Source: a virus. From it: 64,000 nt of DNA. Shown here one piece after another: positions 49,801 through 59,401 of the stretch. Each line of letters opens with the position of its first letter. Position 1 is the first letter of the stretch. A model generated the notes under the pieces. The model searched no databases and was not told the origin of the DNA. It saw nothing but the letters and a program-made list of their open reading frames with translations. The stretch lies in the IMG/VR virus record IMGVR_UViG_3300042305_001483. The stretch is one strand, 5' to 3'. Position numbers and translations under genes: made by a program.

Positions 49801-52459
49801 ATTTGAATATCTATCTCTGTTAAGTAATCAAGTAATTCAAAATATTCCTGTAACACCAAAACAAAACAAAGTAAAGCAGGTGTTTACTCAAGTAACTGCT
49901 ACAGTTTCTGAATCTGCAATATTAAATTCTGCAATTAATGTAATTAACGGAATTATAACTGGAACATCGGCAGTAGCATTACCTCCTCAATCAATTGCAT
50001 TTACTGCTAGTACAGTGACAAATGTATTAGAAGCATTTGACAATCTTTATGCTAATAAAGAATTTTTAGTTGAAGAAGTTATTGCTTATATTGATCAAAC
50101 ATATAATCCAACTGCATTCAATTATGATGAAGCAAAATGCTACAGAGATATCGGGTTGTTAATTGATGCAGTAAGCCAAGATATATTATTAGGCGGAAAT
50201 CAAAAGAGCGTTGAAGCCGGTCTTGCATATTGGAGTGCTGGTTATAATTATGTTTCGGGACAAGTTACTACAACTACATTGGCTATTAATTATGTGTCTT
50301 TCTTAAGCACTATGACCGCAGCCAACGAAGTAATTACACCTCAAACTAATACAGATGCTACTCAAGTAATTAATTTGTTCTTTGATTATGGATACGAATA
50401 CGGTCCTCAAGAAGCAATTAAACGAAATTTTAATATCATAACAACAATTATCGAAAAAGGACCACAATATGCTCCTCCTGTGTATGCCGGTGGGGGCTTA
50501 TTTGCACTTACCGGCTTAAATGGATCGGATGTTATAATCAGTCCACAGGTTACTGCGGTGTATACTGCATCTACTGGTACTTATTTGATTGGATTGAATA
50601 CATCGACTGTAGGTTTTGGTACTAATGCTACTTTATATTTTGGTGATACTACAATATTCCCGTATACTGATGCAGAAGTTGAAAAATTAAGTTTTGAACT
50701 TACAGGAAACACAAGCACATGGAATCAAAGAAAAGTTGATACAATTGGATCCATGGGTGGAAGTTTAGTAGACGGCGCTGTAATTAGTGATCGCAGTCCA
50801 ATTCAATCTTTTGTTTATGACGCCTTTACACAGGTAAATCAAGGTGGTAGAGGTATTCATATTACCAATGACGGATATGCTCAGTTAGTTTCTGTGTTTA
50901 CAATTTTCTGTTCCGTAGGAGTTCAAACAGACAACGGAGGCATTGCAAGTATTGTCAACAGTAACGCAAACTTCGGAGACATTTGTTTGCTATCTAAAGG
51001 ATTTGGTAAACGTAAATTTAGCGGAACTATTTACAACCCTCCAGGAAAAGCATTTGATACAAACACAGGCGCAAGGAATCCAGATTTTGATCAGTTTTTC
51101 CCTGACGGATATTGGCCAAAAGCAGCAAAAGTAGAAGTGTTTATTCCTGATTTAGCAGATAGGCCTCATATATCGTTAATTATGGAAGTAGAGCCTCCAG
51201 AAGGACATCTCAACGAACAATTGTTGCCTGGATTTTTAAATGCTGCTCCAAATAAATCTACATTAACAACAGGAACCATTGTTATTACAGATATAGATAC
51301 AGAAGGAATTGCTATAGGAAATAGCCTCTATATCAGAGATCAAAACAATAATCGATTCTATGCAGATACCGGTACTGTGGTCACAGATGTAGGTTATAGA
51401 AGTGTTACATTGAACAAAGCATTAATTAGTGGCGGGGGAGACCCAAACAATCCTAATTTCTTTGATTTGTATTTCTGCGGTAACGCATACTATACAGTAT
51501 TAAGCAGCGATGTAGCAGTTAATCCTAAAACAAACGGTATAAATTTACTTTCGACTGCTTCTACAGGATTGGTATACGATCAAGTTGAACCACATGCAGA
51601 TGCTATTAGATTTTTAAACAGCCTAACATTAAAGGTAATTGATAATCAACCAATAACACCATTGAACACATCTACAACATATACTCCAGATCCTATGGTT
51701 AAAGGTGGTAGTCAGGCTGCAAACTTTATTAATCTACGTTTTGGTGAAATACTATCTATTTTAACTGCTACTAACGTGACATCAGCAGAAGCAATTATAC
51801 CTGAACGATTGAGAAATAAAAAAGGAACTCAACCTCTTGGTGCAGGTAATGCTGCTACCTTAATTTCAAGGAATATAGAATTTTTAGCAGATGAGGTATC
51901 GGCATATACAACTAATACATATGCAGGAACGATATTTAACGGTATTTCTCAAAGTACATATGATATGATTGTAGAAAAATGTCAACGAGACGTTAAATTA
52001 ATTCTAAGAAGACTAGTCTACGATCTAGAAACCGGAGGTAGATATAATTCTGTAATGTCGGGGTTAAGTTATTGGTCAAGAAATGGTACTCATCATTTAG
52101 TTGATTTAGGAGAAAACGTAAGAAGAACAGATTTATTCCCAGACGGTTCTACTATAAATTTCTATCAACGTAGTTACATGAGTGCTAGTGGATATGTGTT
52201 TGAATATGTTGGTGCAGGTGTAACTTATGGAGCATTACCACAAAGAGGCCGAGCAGATCCAGTTCAAGGAAAAGAAACAGTTCAACTAAGTGGCGGTAAA
52301 GTATTCTTTACTAGCACAGATCAAAACGGAGATTTTAGAATTGGTCCGGGATTAGTAATTAGTCAAGCAACTGGTGTATTAAGTGGTAGAACATTTACTA
52401 AATCTCTATTTGCAAATATGACACCGTTTATATTAGCAATCGAAGGCGGCGGAACATAA
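46823..52459 (+). CDS. Large virion structural protein with beta-helix (pectin-lyase-like) scaffold and five CxRD helical repeats
   Basis: LYVTVDGNDTNDG...ACRTIGGAL...G.Y.E.NP, SPYVQNCT, DAFTQVNQGG, FEYVGAG, STDQNGDFRIG; ATAAATA at 46798-46804 and GAGGA SD. Confidence 0.7.
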   Translation: MSLTNVSNYPGNYVIKALDGYVLVFVPNSNIILQSPKTRVTGDLFVDQNATVERDLTVNNNSIFGNTDADTINPIAQFINNLIPQEEETYDIGSQENYWNRLYVGSFLTLGTGTTYRNTITNTENVWNPYLPSPQGRPYDPNDVYGTKEQREQGALYIAGGVGIEKDLNVGGYIYGRIETANTTTFVDYTATNIDQELKLIFINEDPSNQSAVFIDEIGTEDGLNYNPFLGRITTDRIIVAETDQATSTLTGALQVVGGAGIQKNVFVGENINVAQDAYVGGNVTATNVLPQVDSTGTIGQENRQWTDGFIENLYTKIIRSTTGSIQIIPKDPLTEIIGDIRVRGTNPVGTAPVVTNTLYVTVDGNDTNDGRAQDSSRACRTIGGALNSPYYQPGTQILVSAGRYLEDNPLRLKPYTSIRGSDIRTTFIEPINKTQDLFHVDSGCYLNYMTFLNGRSGLLEGPYAPGFNRGAYATAFPPLEGDKRIDLFHSPYVQNCTNQSGPWLKDGTLYQPNQTVQIPEAVGTGTWVKNTTTLLVTVTTGTITAGMSINSGQQNPGFFNARTLMLANKPFLQEQVINWISDQITTNIGNTSSIWWNTATNTSFTYSQEKCRRDVGILVENVAYDAAFGGNQKSVESGLAYYNGVVSLIAGQEAQTTAAINYLGTLTQQIIVNSTATVIGSNNYSQVINWVLTGGEIASQSIDNLFTIITDIINDGPDAKPDLYQSTGPDSAFVSAEILMQANRKFMQEETINYINNNLIGASFPYSEIKCRRDTGLIIDSIAFDMLYPTANWSQSTFAGLQYWKQQDLTPTIVDEINTTTLAISYLKELAGKIILNITPADDLIPRYQTLVPQVTTTYQAATLNEVSIINSRFDEILEILNGKTTGWTDIIESNGKPSNFLSVQNATNNLRSNIDYMANEVTAYVDYVTSGTGFVYNTATCQRDVGYIIDAVAFDLLHGGNRQSIQNGLYYYGFSVTTSSVEAQQSQTIEAFEYLSLLSNQVIQNIPVTPKQNKVKQVFTQVTATVSESAILNSAINVINGIITGTSAVALPPQSIAFTASTVTNVLEAFDNLYANKEFLVEEVIAYIDQTYNPTAFNYDEAKCYRDIGLLIDAVSQDILLGGNQKSVEAGLAYWSAGYNYVSGQVTTTTLAINYVSFLSTMTAANEVITPQTNTDATQVINLFFDYGYEYGPQEAIKRNFNIITTIIEKGPQYAPPVYAGGGLFALTGLNGSDVIISPQVTAVYTASTGTYLIGLNTSTVGFGTNATLYFGDTTIFPYTDAEVEKLSFELTGNTSTWNQRKVDTIGSMGGSLVDGAVISDRSPIQSFVYDAFTQVNQGGRGIHITNDGYAQLVSVFTIFCSVGVQTDNGGIASIVNSNANFGDICLLSKGFGKRKFSGTIYNPPGKAFDTNTGARNPDFDQFFPDGYWPKAAKVEVFIPDLADRPHISLIMEVEPPEGHLNEQLLPGFLNAAPNKSTLTTGTIVITDIDTEGIAIGNSLYIRDQNNNRFYADTGTVVTDVGYRSVTLNKALISGGGDPNNPNFFDLYFCGNAYYTVLSSDVAVNPKTNGINLLSTASTGLVYDQVEPHADAIRFLNSLTLKVIDNQPITPLNTSTTYTPDPMVKGGSQAANFINLRFGEILSILTATNVTSAEAIIPERLRNKKGTQPLGAGNAATLISRNIEFLADEVSAYTTNTYAGTIFNGISQSTYDMIVEKCQRDVKLILRRLVYDLETGGRYNSVMSGLSYWSRNGTHHLVDLGENVRRTDLFPDGSTINFYQRSYMSASGYVFEYVGAGVTYGALPQRGRADPVQGKETVQLSGGKVFFTSTDQNGDFRIGPGLVISQATGVLSGRTFTKSLFANMTPFILAIEGGGT

Positions 52460-52469
52460 AGGAAAAATT

Positions 52470-52853
52470 ATGGCATTAATTCCATTAAACACATTTAAAA
52501 CAAAAACAGCAATATTAACTGATATTACTACAGCAACAGTTTACACAGCACCTGTTGGTGTAACTTCTATCGTATTAATGGCACAAATTTCTAATATTTC
52601 TACTACAACGCAATATGTTAATGTCAGTCATTATAGAAATTTACCAATTTTAGCCGATGCTCAAGGATTTGGATCACAACTTGCTAATACTGTATCACCA
52701 TTAGTAAAAGATTTTGCAATTCCAGAAAACGATGCTGCTAGTGTATTAACAGGAAAATTAATTATTGAAAGTTTAGACAGTATTAGGGCTTCTGCATTAA
52801 CATCTGGAACTTGTCAGTTAATTTTAAGTATACTTGAAACTGCTAATGAATAA
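52470..52853 (+). CDS. Small virion structural protein
   Basis: LNTFKT...VYTAPVGVTSIVLMAQISN...LSILETAN; AAGGA SD. Confidence 0.6.
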   Translation: MALIPLNTFKTKTAILTDITTATVYTAPVGVTSIVLMAQISNISTTTQYVNVSHYRNLPILADAQGFGSQLANTVSPLVKDFAIPENDAASVLTGKLIIESLDSIRASALTSGTCQLILSILETANE

Positions 52854-52869
52854 TATTTAGAGACTTATT

Positions 52870-54843
52870 ATGCCAAGATTATTAAGTGGATCAACATTAA
52901 GACGTGGTGGAAGCGGAGAATTTATCGATCTAAAAGGAGCGATGCCTCAACTCCCACCAACAGAAACTATTGACACAGGATTTACTATTGTTACTGATAG
53001 TTTATTAAGAACTACTTATAGATCAAGTCTTGGGTTTATTGAATTTAATACTGCTAGCATGAGAAGTGCATTGCCTGAGGGTGTAATTAGAGTATTGCAA
53101 ACAGGGTCAACGTACTATTCAACTTCTACTCAAAGTGCAACACTGGTCGTCGAAGGAAGCCTTGGTGTTGGCTTAAACATGCATGTTGGAAAAGATTTAG
53201 TAGTTAATAAATTACAAATTGGTGCAGGATGGAATATTGAAAATGAATTTCAAGGTTGGAACAACATTGTATTCAAAGGAACAGCAACAACACCAGGTAA
53301 TGATTTTAATAATGGACAACAGGTAATTGCTATCGGTCACGGCACTGTAGATGGACTAGAAACTGCAAACAAAGTTATAGCAATAGGTAGATATGCAGTT
53401 AGTTCAGGTACAGATATTAATAATATTATTGCCATAGGTGACAGTGCATTAAAAGAAATTGGAGTGTTGCACGAACAATTTATTGGAAATATTACTTCGG
53501 CAACAAATACTAATCCGGTGATAATTGAAGTAATTGGGCATAATGTTGTTACTGGTACACATGTTCTTATAGAAAATGTTGTGGGAATGACCGAACTCAA
53601 TAATAATGATTATTGGGTAGATGCAGTTAACAATAATGAATTAGCATTATATACAAACAACATTTTATCTACTTCGTTAAACGGAACTGGCTTTTCATCG
53701 TATGTCAGTGGCGGTACTGTTGGAAAAATTTTACAAAGAAATAACAACATTGCAATAGGAAATAGTGCTGCTGAAAAATTAATAGATGGAACAAAAAATT
53801 TCTTCTTTGGTGATAAGATTGCTAAAAATTTAATAACAGGTTCTAACAATCTGTTTATAGGCAGTGATGTTGCACAAAATATTACCGAAGGAAGTGGTAT
53901 AATTTCTATTGCAAGCGACAACTTAGTAGACAAGCGAGATAATCAAATTGCTATTGGTAGTGTATTCTATTATGATGGAACAGGTACTACTAATATTAAT
54001 GCAAATGCAGAAATTGGTATTGGAACACAGTCGACAGGAACAACTTCCGGAGGTTTAAGAGTAATAGGTGGTGCAGCGGTTCAAAGAAATCTATTTGTTG
54101 GTGAAGAATTTAATGTTTTTGGAACTAGCACATTTTATAAAAATTTAATTCCAGGAAATTCTACAGTAAATCTTGGAACAGCAAACAATCCGTTTAATAG
54201 TTTATACTTAATTGGATCAACTCTTTATCTAGGAACAGTAACACTAAAGTCGTATAACTCTACTGATTTTACTATAGAAAGTCCGTCAGGTTATGTTACA
54301 CAAACAGTTGGAAATTTATTTTTAAATTCTGGCGTTATTTCGACTACATCAAATAACGGAAGTTTAGTAGTTACTGGAGGCGTTGGGATTAGTGGAGGAC
54401 TTAATGTCGGTGGTACATCTGATGTCGATATAAGTCCATCTGGTGCAACTGTTACTATTAAGCCTTCTGCAGGCGGAACAGTTGATATCAGACCAAATGC
54501 AACTGGAAACATCGATAATATTGTTATTGGAGCAAATGATCCCGATTCTGCATATTTTACAAGTTTAGAAAGCGGTACTGTTAATGTAACTTCTTCAGCA
54601 ACTTCAACTTCTACAACAACAGGAGCGTTAACAGTTGCAGGCGGAGTAGGAATAAGAGGCGATGTGTATTCAAGAACCGGGCATCCCGACGAAAACTTAC
54701 TACTTTACACTCCGAAGTCTGAAGTTTCAACAACTGCTCCATTAAATCCAAGAATTGGAGATTTCTGGATAGATCCAACAGGACCGTATGTTTTACAGTA
54801 TGTTAAAGACGGGTCTAACAGAATTTGGGTTCAAATTACGTAA
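52870..54843 (+). CDS. Tail fibre/adhesin-like protein
   Basis: YadA-head-like NIAIG repeats and STTTGALTVAGGVGI repeats; C-terminal APLNPRIGDFWID. Confidence 0.6.
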   Translation: MPRLLSGSTLRRGGSGEFIDLKGAMPQLPPTETIDTGFTIVTDSLLRTTYRSSLGFIEFNTASMRSALPEGVIRVLQTGSTYYSTSTQSATLVVEGSLGVGLNMHVGKDLVVNKLQIGAGWNIENEFQGWNNIVFKGTATTPGNDFNNGQQVIAIGHGTVDGLETANKVIAIGRYAVSSGTDINNIIAIGDSALKEIGVLHEQFIGNITSATNTNPVIIEVIGHNVVTGTHVLIENVVGMTELNNNDYWVDAVNNNELALYTNNILSTSLNGTGFSSYVSGGTVGKILQRNNNIAIGNSAAEKLIDGTKNFFFGDKIAKNLITGSNNLFIGSDVAQNITEGSGIISIASDNLVDKRDNQIAIGSVFYYDGTGTTNINANAEIGIGTQSTGTTSGGLRVIGGAAVQRNLFVGEEFNVFGTSTFYKNLIPGNSTVNLGTANNPFNSLYLIGSTLYLGTVTLKSYNSTDFTIESPSGYVTQTVGNLFLNSGVISTTSNNGSLVVTGGVGISGGLNVGGTSDVDISPSGATVTIKPSAGGTVDIRPNATGNIDNIVIGANDPDSAYFTSLESGTVNVTSSATSTSTTTGALTVAGGVGIRGDVYSRTGHPDENLLLYTPKSEVSTTAPLNPRIGDFWIDPTGPYVLQYVKDGSNRIWVQIT

Positions 54844-54852
54844 GGAATAAAA

Positions 54853-55869
54853 ATGCCATTAGGTTTCCCATCAAATCCTCAAATCGGAGATACCTATGTA
54901 ATAGGTAGTACAACATATATCTGGAACGGTACGGCTTGGTTAATTTTAAGATCAAATGTTAGTGCATCTACGGTTAATTCTACCGGAACTATTATTACAA
55001 CATCAAATTCTCAATCTGTTAATACAACTAGTGGTGCATTAATAGTATCCGGCGGAATAGGTGCCGGCGGAAATTTATACATTGGCGGAAATATTGTTTC
55101 AACTTCGACAAATTCGACAATCATATACTCAAGTGGAAGTTTTGAAACTTTGTATGTAACAAGCGGAATTCCATCAACTAATACATCATCGGGTGCTCTA
55201 GTAGTTACTGGTGGTGCTGCAATTAGCGGAGATCTATATTTAGGTGGAATTTTGTATTCTGGCGGTCAACCAGTATTAACTAGTTCTACTTTTGCAGAAG
55301 GATTCCAAGACGGTGATGACATAGATATCGTTACTGAATCTACAGGAACTATGACGTACCTGATTATTAATAATATTTCTACATTACAATCAGTAACTGA
55401 TCGAGGAAATTCTACTACAAATATAATTAAAGTCTTAAACACAACAAACAGTACAACTACTGATACTGGAGCGTTGATTGTATCAGGAGGTATTGGTTTA
55501 GGTGGAAGATTAAATGCCGAATCAATTCAAATTGCAGATGCAGTTCTTGATTCTACAAAAACTTTGGTAAATACAGATGATCCGACAATAATAGATAGTT
55601 ATAACACACAGCAGTATAGAGGAGCGAAATATTTAATTCAAATAGATGAGGGCACTGGATCAGGAGCAGATTTCGAATTAATTGAAATTTTATTAGTAGC
55701 AGATAACAATGGAAATGTCTTTGCAACTGAATATGGTGTAGTCACCTCGAATGGATATTTAGGAAATTTTGATACAGAATTTGTGGGTGGTGTTGTTAAT
55801 TTGTATTTTACTGCAAATACAGCGACAAATAAAACAATTAAGGTATTGAGGACAGGAATAACAACCTAA
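54853..55869 (+). CDS. Fibre protein with C-terminal YRxAKY domain
   Basis: FPSNPQIGDTY...YIWNGTAW N-terminus, GALIVSGGIG repeats, YRGAKYLIQ...EYG domain. Confidence 0.6.
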   Translation: MPLGFPSNPQIGDTYVIGSTTYIWNGTAWLILRSNVSASTVNSTGTIITTSNSQSVNTTSGALIVSGGIGAGGNLYIGGNIVSTSTNSTIIYSSGSFETLYVTSGIPSTNTSSGALVVTGGAAISGDLYLGGILYSGGQPVLTSSTFAEGFQDGDDIDIVTESTGTMTYLIINNISTLQSVTDRGNSTTNIIKVLNTTNSTTTDTGALIVSGGIGLGGRLNAESIQIADAVLDSTKTLVNTDDPTIIDSYNTQQYRGAKYLIQIDEGTGSGADFELIEILLVADNNGNVFATEYGVVTSNGYLGNFDTEFVGGVVNLYFTANTATNKTIKVLRTGITT

Positions 55870-55884
55870 AGGAATAAAAACACT

Positions 55885-58860
55885 ATGTCGTTAACATCAG
55901 TTCAAAGAGATTTTTTTGTAAAATCCGGTTTAACTGTTCTAGGAACTTCGACAGTAACTTCATCGACTGGTAATACTGCGGCTTTACAAGTCGACGGCGG
56001 AGCAGGGGTTGCTAAAAATTTAATTGTAGGGCAACAAGCGGATATTTACGGTGCATTGACTGTTAGTGGCGGAACACGACTGCAGGTAACTACAGCAACA
56101 GCATTAACAGTAACAGGGCAAAGCACTTTAGGTGCTGTAAATGCTACTGTTACCACAGTTACAAATTTAACTGCTAGCGGAACATTAAACGTAACAGGTC
56201 AAAGCACATTAGGTGCTGTAAATGCTACTGTTACCACAGTTACAAATTTAACTGCTAGCGGAACATTAAACGTAACGGGGCAAAGTACTTTAGGTGCTGT
56301 AAATGCTACTGTTACCACAGTTACAAATTTAACTGCTAGTGGAACATTAAACGTAACAGGTCAAAGCACATTAGGTGCTATTTCTGGTGCTGCTACCACA
56401 GTTACAACACTAACTGCTAGCGGTATTACAAATATAACAAATAATACACAATCAACATCTACAACAACTGGTGCATTGACAGTAGTAGGCGGTGTTGGTA
56501 TTGGTGGTAATTTATTTGTTGGTGGTAGTATAACTGGAAGTATAACTACTGCAAGTAACTTAGCCGGCGGCGCAACAGGAAGTATTCCATACCAAAGAAA
56601 TCCTGGAGTTACAGATTTTATTGCGATTGGAACTGCTGGGTTTCTTTTACAATCGAACGGAACAACAGCAACATGGGTCAGTACTGGTTCGTTAGTTGCA
56701 GGTAATGCTTCCACAGCATCTAACATAGCAGGTGGCGCACAGTATCAAATTCCTTATCAAACAGGTGCTGGATCTACAGCATTCGAAGCAGGATTTGAAT
56801 ATAATTACACCAGTAATACATTCAATGTTGATAACGCTAAAATTAATGGCACAACCAATGCAGGATCTACTGCCACAGGTGCATTACAGGTAGTAGGTGG
56901 TATAGGAGTTGGGAAAGATATAGTAGTAGGAAATAATTCTCATATTTTAGGATATGAAATTATTTCTGGAAATCTAACGGTCAACGGGGGCAACTTATAC
57001 AGTACAGCAACCACATTTAATATTTTACCTCAAACTGCAACTACAATTAATATTGGCGACTTAGGTACAGCCATTACAATTGGTGCAAACGGCAGTGGAT
57101 ATACCAGAGTTAGAAATCAATTTACTGTAACTGATACAACAAACGCAACTTCGACATTGACGGGTGCGTTACAAGTTCGCGGCGGCGCAGGGATTGGTAG
57201 AGATCTAGTTGTTGGCGGATCCGTTGATATTTTAGATTTGACTGCCAGCACTACAACCGTTGCTACCAACGCTTTGTATGTAGCAGGGGGTGTGGGTATT
57301 GGAAGTAGTTTATACGTAACAGGCCCTGCGGTATTTAATAATAATGTAGTTTTTTCTGGAACATCTACATTTGTGTACAGTACCAATACTGTCTACACAG
57401 ATAATATTCTAAATATTCATGCACCTGCAGGAAGTACAGGAATTGATCATGCTTGGACAGTCAATGACGGTAAAGATATTGGATTTGTATTCCATTATTA
57501 CGATAGTGCAGACAAAGATGCATTTTTAGGAATCAACAATACCAGCAAATACTTAGAGTGGTTTAGTAACGGCAGTGAAAATTTATCCACCGGTGTATAT
57601 ACTGGAACTACTTACGGTATTTTTAAAACAGGCGGAATTATTTTAGCCGATACTACCGCAAGTTCTAATACAACTACCGGTGCCTTACAAGTAGCAGGTG
57701 GAGTTGGTATTGGCGGTGCTGTGAATATTGGAGGAATACTTGATGTTTTCAATGAAACTGATGCATCAAGTACAGCCACTGGTGCATTACAAGTTGTTGG
57801 TGGAGCCGGAATTGGTAAACACTTATTTGTAGGACAAACAATTACAGCCGGTGGAAGCATTGTTGCTTCAGGCGATGTATTTGTTAATGGTGGCGATCTT
57901 TATACAAATCAAACAACATTTAACCTTGTTAACACTACTGCTACAACTATTAATTTTGGTGGTGCAGCAACAGCAATAACTATTGGGGCTTCAACAGGGT
58001 ATACTAGAGTATCTAATCAATTTACAGTTACAAATACCACAGCAGCAACTTCGACAAATTCTGGTGCTTTGCAAGTTTATGGTGGTGCAGGTATTGGTGG
58101 TAACTTATATGTTGGCGGAAGTATTTACGGAACAATTATTGGTTCTGTAACTACTGCAAGTTCTCTTAATACAATTGAAAGAATAACAAATGCCACACAC
58201 TATCTAACTTTTGTCGATAGTAATAACGCTAGTGCCACTGCTGAATCATTCTACACAACTAGTAGCGTAACAGTAAATCCTGGAACTGGAAGAGTTGACA
58301 TTGGCGGTGCATTGGTAATTGCTGGAAATACTACTGCAACAACGTTGACAGCAACAGGAATTTCTAACTTTACTAATACCACAAATGCTGTAGCAACAAA
58401 TGATGGTGCAGTAAGAATTAGCGGTGGTCTAAGTGTCGTAAAAGATGTTTATGCAGGTGGATTAATTACAGCAGGTGCAACACAGTCTGCTACAACAGGA
58501 TCTACAGTAAACGGATTCTTCTTTAATAATACTTTATTAGCAAGTTGGACCAGCAATCCAATTACAAGTATTGCAACACAAAACTTAGATAGTTTTAGTG
58601 GAACTACATATAGATCGGCAAAATACTACTGCCAGGTAACAATGGAGACAACTCCAACAAAATCTATTCATGTAAGTGAAATTAGTATAATGCATGATGG
58701 AACTTATGCATATATTAACGAATATGGAATTTTAACCAACAGCGGTCAATTGGGCACTTTTGATGCTACCTATACAGGAGGCAATTTAACGTTAACTTGG
58801 GCAGCAAACACAACAACATCACACGTTATTAAACTAACAAGATTATCGTTGACCACTTAA
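55885..58860 (+). CDS. Long fibre protein with C-terminal YRxAKY domain
   Basis: DFFVKSGL N-terminus, many TGALQVxGGxGI repeats, YRSAKYYCQ...EYG domain. Confidence 0.65.
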   Translation: MSLTSVQRDFFVKSGLTVLGTSTVTSSTGNTAALQVDGGAGVAKNLIVGQQADIYGALTVSGGTRLQVTTATALTVTGQSTLGAVNATVTTVTNLTASGTLNVTGQSTLGAVNATVTTVTNLTASGTLNVTGQSTLGAVNATVTTVTNLTASGTLNVTGQSTLGAISGAATTVTTLTASGITNITNNTQSTSTTTGALTVVGGVGIGGNLFVGGSITGSITTASNLAGGATGSIPYQRNPGVTDFIAIGTAGFLLQSNGTTATWVSTGSLVAGNASTASNIAGGAQYQIPYQTGAGSTAFEAGFEYNYTSNTFNVDNAKINGTTNAGSTATGALQVVGGIGVGKDIVVGNNSHILGYEIISGNLTVNGGNLYSTATTFNILPQTATTINIGDLGTAITIGANGSGYTRVRNQFTVTDTTNATSTLTGALQVRGGAGIGRDLVVGGSVDILDLTASTTTVATNALYVAGGVGIGSSLYVTGPAVFNNNVVFSGTSTFVYSTNTVYTDNILNIHAPAGSTGIDHAWTVNDGKDIGFVFHYYDSADKDAFLGINNTSKYLEWFSNGSENLSTGVYTGTTYGIFKTGGIILADTTASSNTTTGALQVAGGVGIGGAVNIGGILDVFNETDASSTATGALQVVGGAGIGKHLFVGQTITAGGSIVASGDVFVNGGDLYTNQTTFNLVNTTATTINFGGAATAITIGASTGYTRVSNQFTVTNTTAATSTNSGALQVYGGAGIGGNLYVGGSIYGTIIGSVTTASSLNTIERITNATHYLTFVDSNNASATAESFYTTSSVTVNPGTGRVDIGGALVIAGNTTATTLTATGISNFTNTTNAVATNDGAVRISGGLSVVKDVYAGGLITAGATQSATTGSTVNGFFFNNTLLASWTSNPITSIATQNLDSFSGTTYRSAKYYCQVTMETTPTKSIHVSEISIMHDGTYAYINEYGILTNSGQLGTFDATYTGGNLTLTWAANTTTSHVIKLTRLSLTT
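56110..56423 (+). repeat. 81-bp (27-aa) tandem repeat, about 3.8 copies
   Basis: Copies start at 56110, 56191, 56272 and 56353 (VTGQSTLGAVNATVTTVTNLTASGTLN). Confidence 0.92.
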
Positions 58861-58909
58861 CCAAAATAAATATCAAAAGTAACTAGCCGTTACGTGGAAA
58901 GGGAAACTA

Positions 58910-59401
58910 ATGGCGGAAAATATCGATTTTAGAGTAAAAAATGGCCTCGTTGTGACAACGACGGCTACAATATTAGGAACAACAAATTCAACTTCAACTA
59001 CTACAGGAGCATTGCAAGTTGCAGGCGGAGTAGGAATTCGGCGTGATGCTTGGGTAGGCGGAACCCTTTCAACTAATGGGTTAAGACAGATTCAAACTAC
59101 TATTTCGGCTTCAACAACTACTGTTTTAGATTTATCAGTGGCAAATAATTTTTACATAGTATTAGATAAGAATGTAACTTTTTCATTGACTAATATATCA
59201 AGTAATATAGGTGCATCTGGATATGTAATAATGCAACAAAATGCTACAGGTGGCTGGGTCTTTACTAAAGCATCTGAAATGAAGACCCCCGGAGGAAGAA
59301 CGATTGTACAATCTACCACTTCTAATTCATTATCTTTAATTACGTATTACGTTGTATCTACTAATACTGTTGTAATAAATTACATTGGAAACTTTTCATG
59401 A
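58910..59401 (+). CDS. Short fibre/adaptor protein
   Basis: DFRVKNGL N-terminus, one TGALQVAGGVGI repeat, beta-sandwich C-terminus; ATAAATA at 58866-58872. Confidence 0.6.
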   Translation: MAENIDFRVKNGLVVTTTATILGTTNSTSTTTGALQVAGGVGIRRDAWVGGTLSTNGLRQIQTTISASTTTVLDLSVANNFYIVLDKNVTFSLTNISSNIGASGYVIMQQNATGGWVFTKASEMKTPGGRTIVQSTTSNSLSLITYYVVSTNTVVINYIGNFS

